NCBI GenBank assembly: GCA_032718475.1 | Contig: JAUCBJ010007824.1 | Location: forward strand, 49,316-113,315 | Length of the DNA stretch: 64,000 nt | Direction of reading: 5' to 3' | From: Nemertoderma westbladi | Taxonomy: Eukaryota > Animalia > Xenacoelomorpha | Part shown: one piece after another, positions 24,901 through 38,403 of the stretch | How positions within the stretch are numbered: position 1 is the stretch's first letter | Layout of the letters: each line of letters begins with the position of its first letter | Translations under genes and position numbers: made by a program | Notes under the pieces: model-generated | Seen by the model: only the letters and a program-made list of their open reading frames with translations | Database searches by the model: none | What the model was told of the DNA's origin: nothing

Positions 24901-27900
24901 AGACACCGGAAAACAAGGTAAGTGAGAAACCCGTTTCTAGGAGAAAGGTAACACCAGTGTGTTATACCGACGACGGCGAAAGCCAGGCTTCTCAAGAAGA
25001 AGACAGCGGGAAAGACACTGAAAGATCTTATTATGTCAACAAAACGCCTAAAGACGTAAGTAAATTCAAGTCTCGAACCAATGACAGGAGAGAACAGGTA
25101 AGAAAAACTCCTCCTACGTCTCCTAAGAGAATTCAGGTAAGAAAGCCCAAAGAAAGAACGAGTGTGCACAACGTTACTCAAAATAAGGTAAGTAACATCA
25201 AACCGAAATGTGCGCTGTGTGACGGGCCCCACCGTTTGAATGTGTGTGATGAATTCCTAAAGAAATCATTAAAGGATAGATGGGAAGTCATGTGGGATAA
25301 GCGGTTGTGTTATAATTGCCTCAGACAAGGACACCAACGGCGAACCTGTTACTCCGACGCAAGGTGTGCGAAGTGCGGCGCAAAATATCATATCTTGTTG
25401 CACACTGAATTCGAACGAAACAGCTCGAGTCAGGTAAGTGAGTCCGAACTACATGTCCAATTCAGTGATGTGAACGACACTGACCAAAGTTCTGAGATGG
25501 AAGGATTCTATACGGACGAATTCTCCGACGAAAACGAATCCTGTTACCTGATAAATACCGCAGTTTATCGAGCACTTACGTATGAAAAGGACACCGATAG
25601 CGAGCTCCCCCTAACTACTTCTGACCGACAACCATCTTGGAAAGCACCAACTTCCAATGTAGGAATCCGAGAATTTCCCGTAGTGCATTTGAGGGTCCAC
25701 GGACCTAAAAGGAGTTATATAGTGAACGCCCTCCTTGACTCCGTTTGCACAGGAACATTCATTGACAAAGAACTAGCCGAAGACATCTTTGCTGGACAAC
25801 CCAAGTTCCGAACTAAGTTAAACATGTCAGGAATTATGCAGGTTTGGAAATCTACAGTAATAGCGGATTATTATGTAGGTGCGTTGTCCACCCCCCAGGA
25901 TGAACTAGGAGAACACAGCATAAGGTCAGTAAAATGGTGGCGATAAAGAACTTCGCTACCAGCCAAGTAGAACCTTATAACTGGGATGAGGACGATTTCA
26001 CCCAGCGGCTTAATATACCTAGATTCAACACAGATTACCCTGGAGTGCAAATACTCATCGGCCAAAATGCGCATGAGGCGCTTGAGACATTGGAGAAACG
26101 GCCTGCTCAACTGCAACCACTACAAGCCTATGCGGGAAGAACTAGAGTGGGTTGGTACTTTACTGGCCCTTCCCGTAGAACTCTCATGGAAAGTTTACCA
26201 AAAGAACAGGTATATCAAGTAAGTGAATGGGAAGTGGAGAGCAGTGAGGTAGACGACCCAACTGAGGGAACACCATACTCCTCAGATAATGACGATATCC
26301 ACCAACTCTTCGACGAGGAGAATACCATCAATCTCCTTACGGAAAACGAGACTTGGCAAAACCAAGTGAACCTATGTCAACTCATTCGTCCTTCAGGACA
26401 AGTCGACTATAACGACGAACTGAATGACGTAATCGAGCGCTATAACGCGAAGACTCGGGATGAACACGCCGTACGATTCTTTACTCAAGCGGCTGTAGAG
26501 CCCAATTCCTACGATAAGGCCCTATCGGTAGAAGAAGAAAGAGCCAAGCAGATCCAGGAGACAACTACACGTTATCTTAAAGATCAAGGTAGATATGAAA
26601 TCGGTCTACCATTCCGAAAGCGAGAACCAAAATTCATAAACAACCAACCCTTGGCGGAGAAAAGAATTGCTCAACTACATCGACGCCTTACGGCAAATGC
26701 TTCAGCTAAAGAAATGTATCAGACTCAGTTGAAGAAATTTATTAACAAGGGATATGCGGAGCGAGTACCGGAAGAAACACCTATAACTGAGAGAACGTAC
26801 TATTTAACACATCATTACGTTCCCAAACCCGGTAAACCCCATGAAGTAAGGGTAGTATTTGACGGCTCCGCCCTCTACATGGGCCAATCCCTTAATTCCG
26901 AGTTGTTACCAGGACCCAACTTACTCCAATCCTTGTTGGGAATACTCTTAAGATTACGACAATATTCAATCGCTTTCGCCTCCTATATAGAAGGCATGTT
27001 CTTACAAGTCAAGGCGCTGGATAGGGATCGAGATAGCCTACGATTTCTGTGGTGGCCAGAAGGAGACCTCAAACAGAAACCGGTGGAGTATTGGATGACC
27101 ATCCAGGCTTTTGGGATCATCTCAAGCCCTTCAAACGCCTGTTCAGTGGTGCGCACCACTGCTGATGACAACTGGGACACCTTCTCTAAAGAGGTGATCG
27201 ACAACATCAAACGGGATATATACATGGACGACAATTTAAAGTCCATTCCATCGGTGGAAGAAGCCATTGATGTCGCCAAAGGAACGGTAGAGTGCTTAAA
27301 AAGAGGTGGATTTCGATTAACTAAATTCACCAGCAACTCCCGTGAGTTTCTGGAATCGATCCCAGTAGAAGATCGAGCAGCGAAAGATCTAGACCTAATC
27401 AAAGACGATCTTCCAGAAACCAAAACACTTGGTTTGAAATGGGACACAGAGAGAGATATCCTGTTTTTCCAGCTCAAACAGCGAGATAATCCAGTTCGGA
27501 CTAAACGGATTTGTTTAAGTATCCTGAGCACTTATTTCGATCCATTGGGATTTATTAGCCCAGTTATATTGATTGCTCGGAGTTTAGTACAACAAATGTG
27601 GCTTGAAAACCACTCATGGGACGATCCACTTAAGGGAGAACTATTAAAGAAGTGGATGAAATGGGAAGATTATCTACCAGCCATCGAGAACTTTATAATT
27701 TCCCGTTCAAATTTTGGTCATGTTCTCCCTACGTATTCCTATCAACTCCATGTGTTTGGAGACGCCAGCGATATGGGAGTAGGTATAGTAGCCTACCTGA
27801 GAGTTGAAACTCTGGATGGAATCAAAGTCGCCTTGGTTACCTCTAAGGCATTGATAAACAACAAGTTGAAAGTTCCTCGAGCGGAGTTAAAAGCGGCTCT

Positions 27901-29825
27901 ATACGCTACAGCCATCAGCCGGAATGTAACAGAACAGATCGAATATCCACTGGAGAAAACTGTCTATTGGACCGATGCTTTACTCGTGTTGGAGTATATA
28001 ACCAATGAAGTCTGTCAGTTCAGCGTCTTCGTTACCAACAGAGTAGCCATTATACTTAGTTGCACGAAGATGGATCAATGGAGACATTGCCCCGGAACGA
28101 TTAATCCAGCAGACATCGCCTCCAGGGGAGCAACTCCACAAAAACTGATAGATACTCCAGACTGGTTAGGTGGACCGACTTCCTAAGCAAAGAAGAGGAT
28201 GAATGGCCTCCTCATCTTACTACGGCGGAGATTAGACAGGCCAAGGGAGCGGAGAAAGTCAAACCTAAAACTCGGGCGAGTAAATCGAAGTTATTTAAAC
28301 CCGTGGTAGATCTGTCTGTACTACACACTTCCGGAGACGACGCTTTGGATCCGAAACCCACAGCCACAAATAAGTCTGTTGTGGAAATCAGAGAGAAGGA
28401 ACTGAGACTCATGCAATGCTATGAGGATTCCGATAAGTATTTCCTGTTGTTGAGAAATCCACAGATGCGCTTAAGGGATCGTTTCTCTGGCATAATGATA
28501 GATGGGTTGATACGTGTTGGAGGAAGATTAACTAATGCTCCATTATCCTTTGACACTAAGTTTCCCATACTCATTAGAAATCTTGAAATACAAATCAAGA
28601 TGATTGTAGATGTTCACAGCAAACTTTATCATGCTGGTAGAGAACGAGTTCTTAGCGAAATTCGAACTCGCTATTATTTTTATAAACCCCGTAGAGCTCT
28701 GAACCAAGTTCTTAGGAACTGCATACCCTGTAGGAAAGCATTCAGTAGGCCTTTAACACAGCAAGAGGCAGAATTACCTAGGGAACGAGTAAGCTTCTAT
28801 GAACCACCCTTTACTAATACCGGTGTGGATTTATTTGGCCCTATTGAGGTATATCGTGCTAGGACTATAGTCACGAGATGGTGTGTCATCTTTGTCTGTA
28901 TGACTTGTAGAGCTATCCATCTCGATATGGTGAATGATTTATCTACCAACAGTTCCTATTGAGCTTACGACGACAGATCGCTCGCTTTGGAACTAGTAAC
29001 ACGATGAGATCTGATAAGGGAACAAACTTCATTGGTGCCAACAATGAAATCAAGGCTTACGTCAAAGATTGGAACCAAAGACAGGTGGACGATCAGCTAA
29101 GGGTAACAGCGTCTAGCTGGACCTTCAATGCCGCCGACGCCCCTTGGTGGGGAGGAAGTTGGGAGAGATTAATCAGGAGCGTGAAGACCGCATTTCACTT
29201 TATAGTGCCGTGCCGCGCGTATCTCACCGACGAACTTTTGCGGACATTAATGGAGGAAATCGCCGCCTATCTCAACGAGAGACCGCTTATGCCAGTCTCA
29301 TCGAGTCCCGATTCCCTGGAAGCGCTAACACCCGCGCACTTCCTACTGAAGAAACCTGTAGCCATGCTCCCACGATTGGAAATCACAGACGGAGACGAAT
29401 ACTGCCGGCAAACTTGGCAACTTATGCAGTTGTTATCACGTTGTTTCGCTGACCATTTCGAAAAACATTATCTGCCCACGCTACAACTTCGAACTAAGTG
29501 GTTTGCGCAGCAAGAAAACGTCAGCGCTGGAGACATGGTCCTTATTGTAGATTCAGATCTTCCACGTAAGAGGTGGCAGACAGGTCGTATCATCGAGACT
29601 CACATCTCGGATGATGGTTTGGTGCGATTGGTAGAACTCGTCGTCATGCGACGTAACTTTAAGAAACCGGGAATTGTCTTCGAGACGCAGCAGCTCAATC
29701 GCCCAGTTGGTCGTTTATGTTTACTGGAAAGAGACAGAGAACTCTCCGGAAACTATGGAAGGCTAGATACTCTTCCCACGACCACCTCCCTAATCCAACA
29801 AACATCTAGGGACTCGCCAACGTAA
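21943..29825 (+). pseudogene. gag-pol: Bel/Pao gag-pol polyprotein of copy B (several frameshifts, RT motif A mutated)
   Basis: Triple Cys/His gag knuckles (CALCDGPH..C, CYNCLRQGH....C, CAKCGAKYH); protease LLDSVCT; RT RVVFDGS, LLPGPNL, FASYIEGMFLQ (catalytic D>Y), YMDD; RNase H FGDAS, WTD, NPADIASRG; integrase HSKLYH..CIPC, GVDLFGP, SDKGTNF, GGSWER. Confidence 0.96.
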
Positions 29826-31464
29826 CAGCGTCTGGAGTGGGTGTGTGACTATATTATTTTATGTTTGTTTCATTATTTTTATACTTATGTAAGTATTATT
29901 ATGTAATTTTATTATAATCGTTTTCTTTAATTTTATTTAGTAGAAGGTTATTTTAGCGATTATTTAGTAGATTAGTGCCATATATATTCGCGTTTATTGC
30001 TTAATTACTTATATATTATAGATTTGGTGCGACGGCGAGAAATAATTCTTTTTCTCTTTCCTTACTGTTCGTATTACATTATAAATACGTGACTACAGTA
30101 AGATGAAATATCTGTACTTATTAAAGTACAATAAAGCTCCTACTATATTCAAGTATTGTTGGTAAAGTAGAGTATTAGGAATGTAAAATTCAGATCCTCG
30201 TGTCTCGGCTAAACCAAGCTCTGGGTAGACCTTGGAAACGACTTGCCTCTTCTCACTGACATTGCTTCTTGCGATATTGCTCTCATACCATATATTAAAT
30301 AATACATATAGTTGCGTGATGTCCCTTTAACAGTAGCGTATAACGCAAAATAAATCTGTAAAACCCTTTGACCATCTGTAATTCTAGTCGATTAAGATAT
30401 CGCGGCACCCACCGATATACTTGAAAGAACAAATTCTAGAATCAGTGGTTAATGTCCCCAGACATGTTCTGGAATAAACCGGTGCCCATCCTAAATATTA
30501 ACGATTAATATTTATAAAATCTGTCAAATTTCAGATCCTTTAAAATTCTAGTCGATTAAGATATCGTTAGCACTTACCGATACTCTTAAAAAGACCAATT
30601 TCCTAGAATCAAGGATGCTAGTCCCCAGACATGTTCTGGAATAAAATTGTGTCTATATAATATTAAATAATAAAATTTACGGGAATAAATTTAAATTCAA
30701 ATTTTAATGAATTTGATAAATTGTCATTTTTATACAATTTATAACATTCCCAAAATTCCATAAATTAATAGATCATGGGAGCGGAGATTCACCCTATTAA
30801 GTATATTAGTGTGCGAGAGTCTCCAATATATAGTCAATAGCCAATAAAATTCATAAAATCATGTATAAAGAGGAATATTGACAATTAAAGAATTACTATT
30901 AAATAGCATCCCAGATCTGTATGCATGAGAATTACCCTAATTCTACTGCTAGCTTTCCATAATGTCACCATGGCAACAACCACGCTAGAATTAGAAGTGA
31001 GTTAAAAGAACAATAGAAAGCTTGCCCCATTGAATAACATAGGGAGTAAATAGCACACTGCTAGTATCCAAGGATACATAATAATAACGTGGCATTCTGG
31101 AAGGCACTGACTAACGGACAAATGGCCCGAATGTGTACAATTTGTGACAGTTGTGTGGAATTTGTGCATTTATAGGTGAATGTTACTACTAAAGTGTGTT
31201 TACAGTAGCGAGTCGAAATTGTGAAAGTAGCCCTAACTCTCCAGTAAGAACCTGAAGTAAATCTAAGCCTTTGGGACGGACGGTGGAGTGACTCGCGCTG
31301 GTTGTTGTGGTCGTTGTGCAGCTACTACGTTGGCGATAGGCACATCGGCGAAAGGACACCAGCGCTGAGGATCTTGCGCTGTCCGGGGGCCGAGAGGGGT
31401 AGGCAGCGACGCCCGCTAGCCTAATTATAACTAATTATAATATTGATAAACTCATATAGCAGCT

Positions 31465-31911
31465 ATGACTGAGTTGATAGAAGATGATCTTGGTATCAGG
31501 GAGAAATATACTCTACCATTGCAAGCGTTAGTTGATAGCTTGATACGCAGCGACGCTAGTCCAACTACTACGGAGGACGATGGTCGTTATATTGAACCGC
31601 CGATGTCCCAGGAGCAACTTACGCGTGAATTGGACTATCGAAAATTCACTGCTCGCTATACGCATCGTAATGGTACGCATATGGACTTCTTAACTACTGG
31701 TCATCCTATCGATTTACACGATACGGACGATGTCGACACCGAAAGGGAAATGGTACTATTTAAATATCCTACCCAGCGGAGTCGGAACGATAAACTGAAA
31801 ATCGAATGCGAAAATTCTATTCGAAATCGAATCGAAAGAGAAGACGTTAAAGAACCGGATAAACGCGGTAACTCCAACGTATATTTGGAATTCTTGAGAG
31901 AAACATTGTAA
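31465..31911 (+). CDS. Third ORF of copy B (unknown protein, env position); coding-like sequence continues to ~32830
   Basis: Counterpart of 13964-14410 with the same start and stop. Confidence 0.55.
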   Translation: MTELIEDDLGIREKYTLPLQALVDSLIRSDASPTTTEDDGRYIEPPMSQEQLTRELDYRKFTARYTHRNGTHMDFLTTGHPIDLHDTDDVDTEREMVLFKYPTQRSRNDKLKIECENSIRNRIEREDVKEPDKRGNSNVYLEFLRETL

Positions 31912-32896
31912 AACCGAATAAATATCACCCGCGTTTCCCCTACAAGACGTGCGTCTTTGGTATTATTGCGATGAATGCCCAAGACCCAACCAACAAACGG
32001 AAAGACATAAACATCCGTAGAGACGTTGCTTTAAACACGGTTTTACTCGCTATATTTACGGGAGTTTCGAGCGAAACTTGTTCGATGTATCACCTACGCT
32101 CATTCGATTCAAACGATCCTTAAATAAACCTATGATCAGAGTTCCGGAATACTCGGTCAGACCTCCTCATTCCCTAGTTAGACTTCAGACTCTTGATCCT
32201 AATAGTATCACGGATCCTCCCGAACTGTACTCACTGTTCAAAGATCTAGTGTTACCCGAACAGTTAGTCGGTGGCACTCCGGTTGTGGGCTCCCTAAATA
32301 TTCGCCCATCTTACCTAGCCGGATTGGGACGCGGACATCTAATATCGTCATTCAACCATATCATCGTCCCGGTTTAACCCGATACAACCTGTCACCAAGT
32401 GAAGGAGAGAGTTGTACGAAACGTGTTGGACACTATTCGTCAAAAGATCGGAAAAGGAACCTATAATTGTTTAGAAAAACGTAAATTGCAGCAGCAAGTC
32501 AAAGCGGTAAACGAATTAGCTTTATCTCAGTTCGATCAGGAAATCCAGAATCTCTAAGAAGATATCGAACTTGGACGACCCTATTCTCTGCAAGAGTTTT
32601 TGGACGAACGCATCCAACGATAAAGAAAATCAGCTCGAGGAGAAGCATATCGAAATGGACGAGACATCGACCATAACCCTAAACCTTCCGATGCAATTGT
32701 ATTGCACCCTTTACCCAAGAGTTATAGCCCTCCTAGTAAAGTGGCTCGCCCCAAAGAGAAAAGGACTCTTGCTAGCCTCAAAAAACTGCGTAAACGCCAT
32801 CCGCGCAAGAAAGACTAACTGTTTAGAGTATTTTTATATTTTAGAAACTGTGATTTTTTATATTTTATAGAATTAAATCCCATTTTCTGGGAGCGG

Positions 32897-34071
32897 TGTA
32901 AAAGCTTTTGCGGAATTAGCTGGTTATTTTCCCCGCAAAGTACTCTGTAGTTGTTTTAACGGACATAAGGGGCCGTTTCCTTATTGTACCGGTGTTTTAG
33001 TGGACATAAAAAGCCATTTCTTCTGTATGTGTACTTTAGCGGACATAAATAGCGATTTTATGTCGCAATAAGCCAAATACTCTAAACATCGGAACTCAGA
33101 TGACGACATCTATCAGCTGTGTCCACGTGTAACTTTTTCTTTGTTCTTTGTTCATTCTTTGTTCGGTCAACCAATCAGAGCGGTTTTCACTCTGTGTTGG
33201 ACATTGTATACAGAAACTCACGCAATTCAGTCAGTGTGTATATTTTTCCTGATGCCAGAAGACCGGCTTTGGAATTTTGTGTTTCAGGCTTTAGCCAAAC
33301 ATTAGTAGGCTTGATCATAGAAACGTATAACTGTTATCTAATCAAAACAAACCAAAACATATTGTTACAAATCATATTGTCACCTACAAACACCGCATTT
33401 TTACTGCTATTTACTGTCGGTTATTAATTATATCAGTTGATGGAATATTATTATATTTGGATAATATCGATAAATAATTATAAAACCCCAATCTTCTTGA
33501 TATACTGAAGGTAAGAGACAGGTTACATATAGCAATTGCGACTTACATTAAAGTGGTTTTGGAGTGAATCTAATGCTATTTCATAGGCACTACATGTGTC
33601 GGTTGCTGTTCTCTTTATATGTGACTAAAATTAGTGAAGGTCGGCAGATCGGGGGGCAGCATTGTGCGGTAGTGTGCATGATTGTGACTGATAACAAAGC
33701 ATCTCCTAAAGAATGCGCATTATACGTGAATTAATAGCCATCCCGTTGTGTTTAGTGTAAGTCATAACTCTGTTTACATACTTAGAGCGCCACGTCCTAA
33801 AGGAACTGTTAATATTTCCCGAAAGTGAATAATATTTGTCAGAGATTATATATTAATGATCAGTCGAATAATACAGTAGGCCTACATCGCAATAAGGTCA
33901 GAGCTTCCGAATCCAGTCTCTCGGGTATATCCAGCGGGTGAATTGTCGCGCATAGACTGGCTTCGGCTAATGTAGTGTATCAAATACTCGTCATAGGCTA
34001 AAGTCGATTTATAATCTAGAAGACACCTAAATTTGGCAGGTTAAACTGCTAAAGGTCTGAAAGCGCGAACA
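32897..34071 (+). repeat. 3' LTR of copy B
   Basis: Preceded by PPT GGGAGCGG and followed by TSD TGCAC. Confidence 0.96.
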
Positions 34072-34660
34072 TGCACAGACAATGGTGGGTCATGTGCGTC
34101 AGAATAGGTATGGGTGATGGGCCTCATATCGGACTCCACTGCAACACCCACCCCGCGGAATTGCAAACCAGGGTGTGGTATTTGCTCCGAGAGCTGACTC
34201 GGCAAAAAGCACCCTCAACCCCCACTATGGATTACATTAGTAATGCGGAGGTCCGGCCACTAGAGGCCAGTGGAATTCCCGTACACAATTGGCCTCACAG
34301 GCGTCAGTTATCTCCTGACCGGCTGCCTGTTTCACCCCCTACTGGAGAGAGAGCGTCGAACAATTCTGTGAGTCCCTTTCCTGATAACCTTTCTGGCCCA
34401 AACCCTGGGTCACCAGGGATGCCAGATTGTGAGGGGGAGAGGGATTATGGAGTTGGAGGCTACTCTCATGTTCCACCCCGTCCAACCAGGCCATTGGTGA
34501 ATCTGAAGCAAGTCGCTTGACTAGTCAGTTAACACCCTAACAATCGGGTCCCCAATGCGACAAGGTGAGCTGACTGCCTATGCAGATAAGCTTTCTTTAA
34601 GCGCAGTAGGTATTCAAGAGCACCGAATGCACACTGGACAGACTGATAACGATAGGTTCA
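34072..34660 (+). mobile_element. Probable RTE-like LINE 5' leader and start of AP endonuclease (right part), truncated
   Basis: GELTAYADKLSLSAVGIQEHR resembles the N-terminus of LINE AP endonucleases. Confidence 0.55.
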
Positions 34661-35053
34661 TTAATGGTACCCCTACGCTAAGGCTCACCTTATTTCGTGG
34701 CTTGCCCCACACTACCAACTTATGGAATACTTACTGTATCATAGTAAACATGGAAAGGGAAATCATAATGCGAATTATGTCCGTTTAAATGCGGTGTAAT
34801 TTTTATTCTTTTCTATTAATCATTTAGTAGTGCGTACTAATATTTTTGATTACAAACATGTATGGAAAAAAAATAGCGTGGTCTTCCATCTCTTCTCTAT
34901 TATGACCTATAAATTGCTAAAAATAATTGAAATTGCGCCAACAATCTATTCAATTATTTTCTTTGTTCAACTTTTTAACCAGTTTTTAGATTATTTAATT
35001 ACACCATCCAAGAGACTTCATGTCCATGAATAGGAATACATCGTAGTGGCCTA

Positions 35054-35186
35054 ATGGGAAATAATATGGAACTGAGATATAAAGTTAGAAAAAGAAAATA
35101 TATGGGGAATAATGAGGGACTGCGATATAAAGTTAGAAAATATATGGGAAATAATGTGGGACTGCGATATAAAGTTAGAAAATATA
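35054..35186. repeat. 39-45-bp tandem repeat (3 copies)
   Basis: ATGGGAAATAAT..GGGACTGCGATATAAAGTTAGAAAAT repeated. Confidence 0.85.
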
Positions 35187-36233
35187 TAAGACAATCATTT
35201 AGCCTACATCTACTAGCCTTGCGACTACCGAACTCGTGATGATTTCAGATAATCTAATTTTCAAATAAATCGAATAGAGTGGTCTTACATAGAATGAACA
35301 GGTTTCTGATTATTGATTATGATTAGTGCTTATAATATAAATAATAATATCCAAATCCATAAAACCAAAATTAAATATAAAACTGCACCAGTTTCTGATT
35401 ATTTGGTTAATAGTTAAACATAAATAAGAGATTATATTTCCAAATAACTTCCAGAAGTGGTAGTAAGAGGGAAACATTGTTGTATATATTAATTAAAATA
35501 CGGTAGTGATAACTATTGATTATATGGAAATTAAATAAGTGCTTTATTTTAGATATAATAATATATCAATATATTATTATATATAATATCAAATAATATT
35601 TATATATAATTTACAGAGAATGTGTGATCAATTCTTCATCATAAACATAGTAACATTATATTTTAATGTAACAACTATGTAATTTTATTCCTTAAATTTG
35701 CCTTTTTCCAGCTTGCATATTAACGTTATTTTAATTATTACGAACACTTTTGTATTTCTATGGGACACTATATACCCCGCCTGGATTTTAATTAATTTTA
35801 TTGTACAAATAGAAAGTAACAAAACAAAATATACTCTCTTAATTAAAAAACTGCGTTGTGATTAAAATGCGTTATTAAAATAAAATAATTTAAAAATTAT
35901 TAACAAAACAAAATTATGTAGGCCCTACAATGTGATTATAGTAGGCCTCCACCAGAGCACTATAATAACAATGGGGATACATCCCTTGCTGAGAGGACAC
36001 GGCGGGATCCTGATTTAGTTTGCATCCAAGTACTGTACACCATGTCCCAGAATATAGTGTCGTAATTCGGTGACACCCCCCCCCCCCCCCCCCCTAATTT
36101 TTCTACAAATCTTAATGAGATTGCATGAAACAGAGATAGTTTCACCTCCTGACCACTGACTGGGTGTCCCCAGAATTATTATTTTTTGCTTTCAATCTTT
36201 AGCTACAAGCGTTTTAAAAAGTGTCTCCAGCGA

Positions 36234-37217
36234 TATTACACCAGTTGTACTGCAGTTATTCTTCTACCTTATAGCTGTTTGATAGTACCAATGGAAAGCT
36301 GGTCATGCAAGGATTCTAAATATGTAACACAATTTGAATTTCGTTGAAAAATAGTTGAGATATGAGCGTTCAAATGTTGCATGGTTTTGCACCGGCGCGA
36401 AGCAATTTTATTCTATTTAATAAATGCATCATAATCTGGAATATTTTGTTTATCCAAATACTTACAGTTGGTGTATATTGTATTATATTTTATGATTAAA
36501 TTAATTGGCAAATAATCCCGTACATGACTAAAATTAATAGTAATTAATATTAAAATAAACACCCAAGAGTTGCATATTTCTAGTAGTAATGAATAGAGTT
36601 TGTAAAGTGTACATCTAATATTCCTCCTCTCCCTCCTCAACTTCGGCTCCACCACTATCAACTCCAACCTCCTCGTAATCCTTCTCCAGAGCAGCAATAT
36701 GCAATCCAAATACGTAGCTTGGCAACAATGCATTACATCTTAATCTTACTATTACGTAGCTATTCATACATCATACATTTAAAAATGTTCCAGAATATGG
36801 TTTATTTATTAAATAGAATAAAATAGCCTCGCGCCGGTGCAAAACCATGCAACATTTGAACGCTAATATCTCAGCTATTTTTCAACGAAATTCAAATTGT
36901 GTTACATATTTAGAATTCTTGCATGACCAGCTTTCCATTGGTGCCAACAAACAGCTATAAGGTAGAAGAATACTACTAGGATCGGCATGCTGCAGTGCAG
37001 CTACATTTTTAAGAATGCTGTGCCGGCTTGTCAACAAAATTGCACCGCCACAACTCCCTATCACCCATGACATTTGCTAGATCATCCGCATCTTCAAGGC
37101 TAGTGTCCTTTAAGATGCGTCTCAAGAAAGTCATGGGCTGTCCACCATGCTTATTCACTCCATGAGGCTGCCAAAGTACAAGGTAGAAGAATAACTGCGG
37201 TGTAACTGGTGTAATAT
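36234..37217. mobile_element. MITE / non-autonomous DNA transposon with ~190-bp terminal inverted repeats
   Basis: 36234-36424 is the reverse complement of 36805-36972 plus 37194-37217. Confidence 0.85.
36973..37179 (-). mobile_element. 207-bp 3' end of an RTE-like LINE inserted in the MITE arm
   Basis: 14-bp TSD AAGGTAGAAGAATA (36959-36972, 37180-37193); peptide WQPHG..HGGQPMTF...LKDT...MGDRELWR; short TAG-repeat tail. Confidence 0.8.
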
Positions 37218-38403
37218 TATCTACCATCATATGGGAGTTTTGGTGAATTTATTGTATAGAGTTCAGGTTCTGTTGATAAAATAAGGAATGAATAATTGAA
37301 AAAAAATAATGTGACAGAATTTAAGATTGCTCTCCTTATGTGCTCTCCTTATTGTGGCCTTAATTTTAGTAAAAGTAGTAAAAGTTGGCCTATAAGAAGG
37401 AAAATTATAAAATATTGAAAAAATAAAAACCAATAATATGCAGGGAGCGTTTAAAATTATGTAATAAATTGGCTTCTCAATTCTATGAATTATTTATTTG
37501 GCTTTAGGCATATGTGCCGTGTAATTGCGCGTAATCTGACCCCCCAATCTGACACACATAAAGTCATCCATATTGCACATAAGGAAAGAAATAAAAAAAT
37601 AAGGAAAAGTTAAATATTTCTCTAATAATATCAAGGCCGACGGCCATAAGAATTTTATTAATTGAACAGAAAAAAGTAAAGATGAGAACCTTACCTATAA
37701 ATTTGGACACATCTACACAACAACGATCATTTCCTTTTTATACAGTAGGGCCTAGCAGGTAGGCCTACAGTACAAGACATAAATCATGACATTTCACATT
37801 GTTGGCAAACCATTGCGGAAATGCAATTGGTGAGCGAGCGGGATGCTTTATTGATTAATGTATTTTACAAGGACGCAGTGTAGTTACAGTTCCAATTAGG
37901 ATCCTAATTGTTTGTCTTTCCTTTAAATTAATTTGTTAGAAACCATTGCAATCTCTCGGGGTACACAACAAGTCACAAATTCCTATACGTAAAGTAGTTG
38001 TACGTGCAGTACGTGCATGGTGGCGTCGCACATCTTCAAATCCGACTAAAAGCTGTATAAATTTTGCACTATTGTATCCTTAGTGCCTACGCCAACACTG
38101 CGGTATAATGGGAAACGTCTTTTTGTGAGAATAATAATGCATACACTCTGATAAGACTGAAAAGTCCCTAAGGTGCATTCGAAACAAATATAAATATTAT
38201 TATCTGAGCCAAACACAAAAGGTGTGGTGGTTTATTTTACGTTAGAGATGATTGGATTTATCGGGATTTGGAGGCTAATCCCGATGTTTCAGAGTTATCG
38301 AAAGGTAAATCTCATCAACCCCATAGCAGTGCCGAAAGCTCAATATGGTCTGCTTTCTCCTCACAGTCTGACATCAATGGTTGATGCTATCTGCACCTAA
38401 TAA

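Larger units (their letters stand above)
18444..34071 (+). mobile_element. Bel/Pao LTR retrotransposon, copy B (near full length, 15.6 kb)
   Basis: Two 1175-bp TG...CA LTRs with about 16 differences counted by eye; 5-bp TSD TGCAC (18439-18443 and 34072-34076); PPT 32889-32896; gag-PR-RT-RH-IN order with Bel/Pao motifs. Confidence 0.97.

Noticed and set aside
25920-25950. Programmed ribosomal frameshift between ORFs 23556-25946 and 25934-28186
   Set aside because: Copy A has one more A here (GTAAAAATGG) and reads through in frame, so this is a 1-bp deletion in B.
3617-34071. Copies A and B as a tandem segmental duplication or assembly artefact
   Set aside because: They have different flanks, B has its own TSD, and each has distinct U3 variants and lesions, indicating independent insertions.
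38146-38195. Hammerhead ribozyme-like CTGATAAGAC..GTC..GAAAC
   Set aside because: GAAA does not follow stem II, and stems I and III cannot be formed.
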